In this document: positions 57,916-64,000 of the stretch, piece after piece
How positions within the stretch are numbered: the first letter of the stretch is position 1
Layout of the letters: the number at the start of each line of letters is the position of its first letter
Source: Candidatus Latescibacterota bacterium
GTDB taxonomy: Bacteria > Latescibacterota > UBA2968 > UBA8231
Assembly: GCA_964291625.2 (NCBI GenBank)
Contig: OZ220089.1
Span: forward strand, 2,688,001 to 2,752,000
Direction of reading: 5' to 3'
Length of the DNA stretch: 64,000 nt
Notes under the pieces: model-generated
Databases searched by the model: none
Told to the model about the DNA's origin: nothing
The model's input: only the letters and a program-made list of their open reading frames with translations
Position numbers and translations under genes: made by a program

Positions 57916-59118
57916 GTGAAGATCACGGACGTGCGCGTGCGGGAGGTGTCGATCCCGCGGATCTACGGGACCCATGCCGCGGACCCGAAGCGGCTGCAGC
58001 CCGACACCGACCACAATCGCTCGTGGTACCAGGTCCTGGAGCTGTTCACGGACGAGGGACCGGTCGGCCTCGGGGAGGTCTCGGACATGGCCGCCCGCAT
58101 GGACCCGCTGCCGCCGGACCGGCTGCGGGAGCTGCTCGCCGGCCAGCTCGTGGGCCGGGATCTGGGCCGCTGGCGGGAGGCCTTCGCCGCCGTGGCCGGG
58201 GCCCTGCCCGAAGACTGCCACCCGGAGCTTCGAGGCCTCACCCTCTTCGGCGTCGAGATCGCCCTCCTGGATCTGGTGGGCAAGAGGCTGGGGGCGCCTC
58301 TCCACGAGCTGCTGGGAGGCCGGGTCCGCGGCCGGGTCGAGGTCTGCTGGGTGGCCTACATGCGCAACGACATGACGCCGGAGGCGGAGCTGGAGGCGCT
58401 GGCGGAGGAGGTGCGGGGCAAGCTGGCCGAGGGGATCCGCGCCTTCAAGATGAAGGTCGGCGGCGATCCCGGCCGGGACCTGGAGCGGGTGCGCCGGTTC
58501 CGGGAGGTGGCGGGCCCCGACGTCTACCTGCGCGGCGACGCCAGCGGCGCCTGGGGCGAGGAGGAGGCCGTGGAGCGCCTGCGCGAGCTGGCCGCCGCCG
58601 GCATCCACGCCTGCGAGACCCCCGTCGACGCCGTGAGCCGGCCCGTGGTCAACGACCACCCCGAGCGCATCAACGGCGACCCCGATGGCGCGGCCTCCGC
58701 CCTCGCCCGGGTCCGCGAGCGTTCCCCCATCGACATCATCGAGCACGTGGCCGACCTCGACGACGCCTTCACCGCCTCGGTGGTCCGCCACCGGGCCGTG
58801 GACGTGGTCAACGTCATCCCCTCCCAGGGCGGCGGCGTGACCCGCGGCCAGCGCCTGATCCACGCCGCCGGCACCGGCGGCATCTCCGCCCTCCTGGGCA
58901 GCACCGTCGAGCTCGGTCCGGGGACGGCCGCCTTCGTCCACCTCGCCGCGGCCTGCGCCAACGTCACCGTGCCCTCCGACCTGGTCGCCCCGGGCCTGCT
59001 GGTGGACGATGTCTGCGCCAACCCCTTCGAGTACCGCGACGGCGCCCTCGAGCCTCCGGAAGGTCCGGGCCTCGGCGTCGAGCTGGACGAGGCGAGGATG
59101 GAGAAGTGGGCGGTATGA
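57916..59118 (+). CDS. Mandelate racemase/MLE family protein
   Basis: EIALLDL.GK, FKMKVG, DA, ETP, PGLGVELD. Confidence 0.9.
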   Translation: MKITDVRVREVSIPRIYGTHAADPKRLQPDTDHNRSWYQVLELFTDEGPVGLGEVSDMAARMDPLPPDRLRELLAGQLVGRDLGRWREAFAAVAGALPEDCHPELRGLTLFGVEIALLDLVGKRLGAPLHELLGGRVRGRVEVCWVAYMRNDMTPEAELEALAEEVRGKLAEGIRAFKMKVGGDPGRDLERVRRFREVAGPDVYLRGDASGAWGEEEAVERLRELAAAGIHACETPVDAVSRPVVNDHPERINGDPDGAASALARVRERSPIDIIEHVADLDDAFTASVVRHRAVDVVNVIPSQGGGVTRGQRLIHAAGTGGISALLGSTVELGPGTAAFVHLAAACANVTVPSDLVAPGLLVDDVCANPFEYRDGALEPPEGPGLGVELDEARMEKWAV

Positions 59119-59873
59119 TGCGCTTCGGCCCGGCAGCCGTCGCCGCGATCATCGCGGTCATCGCCGCGGGCGCCTCCCCCGGGGACGCCGAGCTCCACTA
59201 CCGCGGCGGGATCGTCTTCGACCTGTCCGAGGAGACGCGCTTCCTCGACGTCGACTGCACCAGCCAGAATCCGGCCGCCCTCTACGGCTGCGGCGAGGGG
59301 ATCGACGGCGCCCCCCTGGGAGCGGCGGGCGACTTCGGCTCCACCCCGGGGATCGAGATCGGCGTCGGCCGGGGTCTGGCCTCGGTCCTGCGCTTCGAGG
59401 CGCTGGCCCAGTACCGTCCCGGGCTCTCCTTCCGGGGGCGCTCGAACTTCGTGCAGACCCGCGGCATCCAGGCGGCCTCGGCCGAGTTGTCCTCCCTGTC
59501 GGGGCTGGTCGCCGCCTACCTGCAGTGGTCCGGCCGCGCCGGCCCCTTCCTCGGCGGCGGCGCCGGCCTGTCCCGCGTCGCCATCGGCGAGACCCGCCTG
59601 CGCTTCCGCAAGACGGATACCATCGTCCCCGGGGCCCGACGGCTGGGCTCCGCATGGATGGTGACAGCCGGCGTCTCGGCGGGCCTGGGCCCGTGCTTCG
59701 TCCTCGATCTCGCCTGGCGCTACACGGAGTCCCGCGCCGTGAAGACCGGCCGCGGCAAGGGCCGGATCGTATGGCGCGACGGGAGCCACGAGCCCATCGA
59801 GCTCGACCTGGCCGAGACCGGCGCGGACCTGGCCACCCACGGCCTGCGGGCCTCCATCCGCTGGATTCCCTGA
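59115..59873 (+). CDS. Outer-membrane beta-barrel (porin/opacity-like) protein
   Basis: Signal peptide; PFLGGGAG, AW...AGV, LDLAWRY, terminal beta strand. Confidence 0.6.
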   Translation: MMRFGPAAVAAIIAVIAAGASPGDAELHYRGGIVFDLSEETRFLDVDCTSQNPAALYGCGEGIDGAPLGAAGDFGSTPGIEIGVGRGLASVLRFEALAQYRPGLSFRGRSNFVQTRGIQAASAELSSLSGLVAAYLQWSGRAGPFLGGGAGLSRVAIGETRLRFRKTDTIVPGARRLGSAWMVTAGVSAGLGPCFVLDLAWRYTESRAVKTGRGKGRIVWRDGSHEPIELDLAETGADLATHGLRASIRWIP

Positions 59874-59884
59874 CGAGAGACGGC

Positions 59885-60517
59885 GTGGCCCCCTTCACCA
59901 TCTACTTCGCCGGCGACCTCTTCGACCACAAGCACCTCACCGGCAACGCCGTGCTCGCAGGGGCGATCGAGGAGCACTCCGGCGGCCGCTACCTCTGCGT
60001 CCTGCCTCAGGATCTGGAGCAGTCGACGGAGCGCGCCGTCGACATCCGCAACCAGGACCTCAAGCAGGTCATCGCCTGCGACCTCGGCCTGTTCAACTTC
60101 GACGGCCCCGACCTCGACTCCGGCACGGTGGTGGAGTTCATGCTGGCCAAGATGCTGGACATCCCCTCGGTGGTCCTGCGCTCCGATTTCCGCTCCTCCG
60201 GCGACCAGGAGAAGGACGGCGACGACTGGAACCTGATGTGCTCCTTCTACCCGCGGGTCCGGGTGGTGAGCTTCAACGCCATGGCGTGGTACCAGCAGGT
60301 CAGCTCCCCGGGCCGTCTCTACGCCAGGATCGCCGCCGCCGTCATCGAGCAGCTCGACGCGGTGCGGGCCCAGCCGCCCGTCCTCGACGACGCCCGCCGC
60401 CAGGAGGAGCTCTACCGCTGGGCGATGCGCTTTCCGGGAAGCGGCTTCGAGGCCTGCTGCGGCCCCGGCTTCGTGGAGCAGGTGCTGGAGGCGAAGCGGC
60501 GGAAGAAGCTGCTCTGA
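59885..60517 (+). CDS. Nucleoside 2-deoxyribosyltransferase-like protein
   Basis: IYFAG.LF, LPQ, D..D..DSGTVVE, RSDFR, WNLM. Confidence 0.8.
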   Translation: MAPFTIYFAGDLFDHKHLTGNAVLAGAIEEHSGGRYLCVLPQDLEQSTERAVDIRNQDLKQVIACDLGLFNFDGPDLDSGTVVEFMLAKMLDIPSVVLRSDFRSSGDQEKDGDDWNLMCSFYPRVRVVSFNAMAWYQQVSSPGRLYARIAAAVIEQLDAVRAQPPVLDDARRQEELYRWAMRFPGSGFEACCGPGFVEQVLEAKRRKKLL

Positions 60518-60518
60518 A

Positions 60519-61634
60519 TCAGGCGAGCTCGTCGTACAGGGATTCCAGGGCGGCGCCCTGCCGGGGAGCGTTGTAGCACTCCTCCACGTGGCGGCGGCCC
60601 TCCCGCCCCATCTCGGGCCAGCGGGCCGGGTCCTCCGCCATGGCGGTGATGCATTCGGCCAGGGCTTCCACGTCGCCCTCCGGCGCCAGCAGTCCGCTGC
60701 GGCCGTCGAGGACGTACTCGGGGATGTCGGCGTGGTGGGTGGCCACCACCGGCAGGCCGGAGGCCTGGGCGTCGAGGAGCACCACGGGCGCCCCGCCCTC
60801 GCCGTCGCCGTCGGCTGCCGTGAGGCTGGCCTGGAGCAGCACGTGGCAGCCCTCCATCTCCTCCAGGACCCGCTCGTAGGGCAGGGCCCCCAGGAGTTGC
60901 ACGCGCTCTCCCAGGCCGGAGTGCTCGACCGCCTCCAGGACCCGCGCCCTCTCCGGACCGTCGCCGATCAGCACCACCTCGCAGGGGAAGGGGCCCTGCT
61001 CCAGCGCCCGGCCCACGGCCATCAGGGCCTGGGGGATTCCCTTCTTCTCGCGGAAGGAGGCGCAGATCAGGAAGCGCACCGTCTCCGCCGGCTGCCGCGG
61101 CCGGAAGGGGATCTGCGCCGCCTCCACCCCGAGGCGGTGGACCCGCACCTTGTCCGGCGGGCAGCCGGCCTCCACCAGGCGGCCGCCCATGGCGCCGCCC
61201 TCCACGAGAACGGCCTCGGCCGCCTCGAAGAGCCGGCGGTAGCGCCGCAGCCAGCGAGGGTAACGCAGGTAGCGGGTGCCGTCCTCGCCGTAGAAGCTGA
61301 CCACCATGGGCAGGCCGGAGGCCCTGCGGGCGCGCTGGCAGAAGTGGCCCTGGTAGCCGAAGTGGGCGTGGATCAGGCAGGCGTCCTCCTGCCTGAGCAA
61401 GCCGCCGTAGAAGGGGTATTGCCCCGTCGCCTTGCGCACCAGCCGGTTGGCCCACCTGCGCGGCGCGGGCCAGGCGCCGGCGTCGTGGACCGCGCCCACG
61501 GGGAAGCTGTCGAGGTGCTGCGTCTCCTGGGTGAGCACCACCGGCCGGTAGCGCCGCAGGTGGGCGATCTGGGCGTGGATCCACCGCGCCGTCAGGGGCA
61601 GGTAGGGGGTGACGCAGTGGGCGACGGTCCTCAC
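60519..61634 (-). CDS. GT4 glycosyltransferase (WcaL-like)
   Basis: IHAHFG, EKKG, GDG.E, S.TA.DGDGEG.PVVLLDAQA.GLPVV.T.H. Confidence 0.92.
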   Translation of the reverse strand: MRTVAHCVTPYLPLTARWIHAQIAHLRRYRPVVLTQETQHLDSFPVGAVHDAGAWPAPRRWANRLVRKATGQYPFYGGLLRQEDACLIHAHFGYQGHFCQRARRASGLPMVVSFYGEDGTRYLRYPRWLRRYRRLFEAAEAVLVEGGAMGGRLVEAGCPPDKVRVHRLGVEAAQIPFRPRQPAETVRFLICASFREKKGIPQALMAVGRALEQGPFPCEVVLIGDGPERARVLEAVEHSGLGERVQLLGALPYERVLEEMEGCHVLLQASLTAADGDGEGGAPVVLLDAQASGLPVVATHHADIPEYVLDGRSGLLAPEGDVEALAECITAMAEDPARWPEMGREGRRHVEECYNAPRQGAALESLYDELA

Positions 61635-61641
61635 GCGGCCG

Positions 61642-62538
61642 TCAGCCTCCGTGCACGTCCCCCGTCGCCTCCGGCGGTCCGAGCTGCCCCCACGGCATCG
61701 GCATCGACGGCCGCTGCCCGTGGTGGTCGCCCCTCGGGGGCTTCGGTCGGGAGCCGAACTCCTCCACCCAGCGGGCCAGCTGCCGGGCCGCCTCCTCCAC
61801 GGCGAGGCGCCCCTTCTCGCGGCTGGCCAGGGTGGCCTCCCCGAGGACGCCGCTGTCCGAGTAGCTCGCCGTCCACGAGGTGACCTGGGCCGGGCAGGAG
61901 CCCAGCAGGTCGGTCCAGTGGAAGTCGGACTCGTGGCGGTGGAAGGCGATCTCGCCGTCGGCGATGCGGTCCTCGCGGACGTTGTCCGGGTCGAGGTGGA
62001 GGTAGACGGAGGTCTCCAGCTCGCAGGCGTGGGAGCAGCCGCCCGGGAACCTGCTCTCCCGCCAGCCCTTCATGAACTCCGGGTCCACCCCCAGCAGGCT
62101 CCACCAGCTCAGGAAGCTGCACTCGGCGTCGGTCTCCAGGTTCACCCGCCGCGCCGCCAGGTCGAGGTTGGGGGCGTTCGACCCGTGGCCGTTGAGGAGG
62201 AGGATCTTCTTGAAGCCGTGGTAGGCGAGGCTGCGGCCTACGTCGACGACGAACTTGATGAAGTGCTCCCAGTGGATGTTGACGGTGCCGGGGAAGTCCA
62301 TCACGTGGGCCGTGTACCCGTGGACGATCGGCGGCATCACCAGCACCCGCTCCGGCATGAGGCGGGCGGCGGCGTGGGCCACCCCCGTGGGGCAGACCAC
62401 GTCCACGTCCAGGGGCAGGTGGGGGCCGTGCTGCTCGGTGGAGCCGATGGGGGCGATCACCGGCTTGCCCGCGGCCACGGCCTCGTTGATCTCGGGCCAG
62501 GTGAGCTTCTCGTAACGCCAGGGTTCGGCCTTCGGCAT
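61642..62538 (-). CDS. Creatininase/creatinine amidohydrolase family protein
   Basis: GSTEQHGPHLP..D, NGHGSN, HA.E.ETS. Confidence 0.92.
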   Translation of the reverse strand: MPKAEPWRYEKLTWPEINEAVAAGKPVIAPIGSTEQHGPHLPLDVDVVCPTGVAHAAARLMPERVLVMPPIVHGYTAHVMDFPGTVNIHWEHFIKFVVDVGRSLAYHGFKKILLLNGHGSNAPNLDLAARRVNLETDAECSFLSWWSLLGVDPEFMKGWRESRFPGGCSHACELETSVYLHLDPDNVREDRIADGEIAFHRHESDFHWTDLLGSCPAQVTSWTASYSDSGVLGEATLASREKGRLAVEEAARQLARWVEEFGSRPKPPRGDHHGQRPSMPMPWGQLGPPEATGDVHGG

Positions 62539-62610
62539 GTGGGGTTCTCCTTGATGCGGTCAGGGGTGAAAACCGGATCACTCCAGCAGAGGCTCCGGCT
62601 GTCCGCGGTT

Positions 62611-63879
62611 CTACTCGGTCACCTCCGGAGCAGCCGCGTAGATGGTGAGCAGGAGTTCGGCGTCGCCGATCATCCGGTAGGTCGGAGTCTTGCCTGAGAG
62701 GCGCTCGCTGTTGTCGAGGATAACTCGCACGCCCTCGCCACGGCGGTCCATCAGGGTTGTGCGGTCCGTGGTCAGCCAGGAGTGGTCGGGTACCGGAATC
62801 CGCGCCAGCAGGCTGGCAACAGTCTCGTTGCGGGACGACTGAATGTGCACCAGGTCGTCGACGCTCATCGAATTGGGGATCGATCCCGGCGAGTAGATCT
62901 CCAGCCGGTCATCGAAGAGACGCAAGCGGATCTTGGACCCGTGGATGGAGTAGTCCCGGTGCGCGACGGCATTGACCACCGCTTCGAAGACGGCGGACAT
63001 GTCGAACTGCGGTCGGTCCACCCGCCCCATGCTCTTGAAGGCCGCGGTCTTCATGTTCCTGGCGACGAAGCGGCAGGCGTTCTCCACCTGCGCATCCAGC
63101 GGTCCGGCCACGTCTTCGGCGTCGAGCTGGTAGGGATCGCCCGATCCCACGCGGACTTCGGTGCCGCGGTAGGCAACGGCCTGAACGTAGGCACTTGGCA
63201 GCCACTCCCGAGGGTCCATCGCAGCAAGGAGAATGCCGGCAACGGTCGGCTTGAGGTTGCCCCGTTCATCGGTTCGCGCCAGGTGCAGGTTTGACAGGAA
63301 GCGGGAAGCCTCTGTTGCCGACCGGGGGGTTCTGAACCGTTCGACCAGGTCATCCTGCAGGTCGTCGAGCGAGGCCTCGGCTACGACCTCCTCGTCGAAA
63401 CGCACCAGACCGGTTCGCGAACGCTGCGCCAGGAGGCGGGCGAGATACTCCGTGGACATGGGCCGCTTCTGGCTCCCGACCCGGAGCAGGTATCCGCCGG
63501 GGCCGCGATGAACGAACAGGCTGGACGCAACGTCGATCTTGATTACCGGAACCTCGTCCCCCGTCGCGGTCGGCAGCTCGAGGCGCTCGATGATGGGCGC
63601 AACAGAGGGGTCGATCCTGTCCCGGCAGATCTCGTGCACGAGCAATTCCGCCGCATCGAGACCCTCGGCCGGGATGCCCAGGACCTCGCGGGGCTTGTCC
63701 TGGACGCCCAGAACGATCACGCCGCCGTGGCTGTTGGCCAGAGCAGCGATTTCGTCCGCAAGCGAGTTGCGACGCGGCTCCTTTACCTGTCTGCCTGCCA
63801 GGCGCACTTCCTTCAACTCCAGGTAGGAGTCCTCGCCCAGGCGTATCTTGTCGAGCAGCTCGCGCTTGCTATCGAACAC
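62611..63879 (-). CDS. AlbA_2 (Schlafen-like) + HATPase_c_4/RecG-C domain protein
   Basis: GEDSYLELK, ALANSHGG.IVLGV.D, EAVVNAVAHRDY, RLEIYSPG, RN. Confidence 0.85.
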   Translation of the reverse strand: MFDSKRELLDKIRLGEDSYLELKEVRLAGRQVKEPRRNSLADEIAALANSHGGVIVLGVQDKPREVLGIPAEGLDAAELLVHEICRDRIDPSVAPIIERLELPTATGDEVPVIKIDVASSLFVHRGPGGYLLRVGSQKRPMSTEYLARLLAQRSRTGLVRFDEEVVAEASLDDLQDDLVERFRTPRSATEASRFLSNLHLARTDERGNLKPTVAGILLAAMDPREWLPSAYVQAVAYRGTEVRVGSGDPYQLDAEDVAGPLDAQVENACRFVARNMKTAAFKSMGRVDRPQFDMSAVFEAVVNAVAHRDYSIHGSKIRLRLFDDRLEIYSPGSIPNSMSVDDLVHIQSSRNETVASLLARIPVPDHSWLTTDRTTLMDRRGEGVRVILDNSERLSGKTPTYRMIGDAELLLTIYAAAPEVTE

Positions 63880-64000
63880 CGGCCCGCTCCTGTCCGAGGC
63901 GGCGGTAGCGGCGCTCGAAGGCCTCCCGCCCTCCTTCCATGATGCGGCAGACTTCCTCGCGCATGGCCGGTTCCTGCAACGAACCACGTTGCGTGACCAC

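Overview
High-GC bacterial chromosomal window with no rRNA, tRNA or CRISPR array seen. The backbone is catabolic: 8 PhyH-type Fe(II)/2-oxoglutarate dioxygenases, 5 mandelate racemase/MLE enolases, a sulfatase, an Asp-box sialidase-like protein, a heparinase II/III-like lyase, GH-like proteins, MFS/ABC transporters and ilvD. It also has WD40, HEAT and ankyrin repeat proteins. This profile resembles sponge-associated Latescibacterota/Poribacteria-type genomes (inference). The main unexplained signal is a ~200-420 bp structured intergenic element present 10 times, always in the same orientation. It has ~50-nt inverted arms with copy-specific compensatory changes, a conserved G.A/C-G/A.G internal loop, a central GCGNAGC mini-hairpin and a second upstream hairpin. 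No cognate transposase is in the window. Toxin-antitoxin genes or fragments abut the left end of five copies. One hicAB module lies between a truncated copy and a near-identical full copy, and a lower-GC Gabija-type (OLD nuclease + UvrD) island lies between two sister copies. Together this suggests a ssDNA-hairpin-based gene capture/insertion system (hypothesis). Other notable items: PhyH proteins lacking the iron-binding Asp (halogenase-like HxG), cysS split by a decayed IS630, mostly inactivated toxins next to retained antitoxins, and short locally templated duplications.
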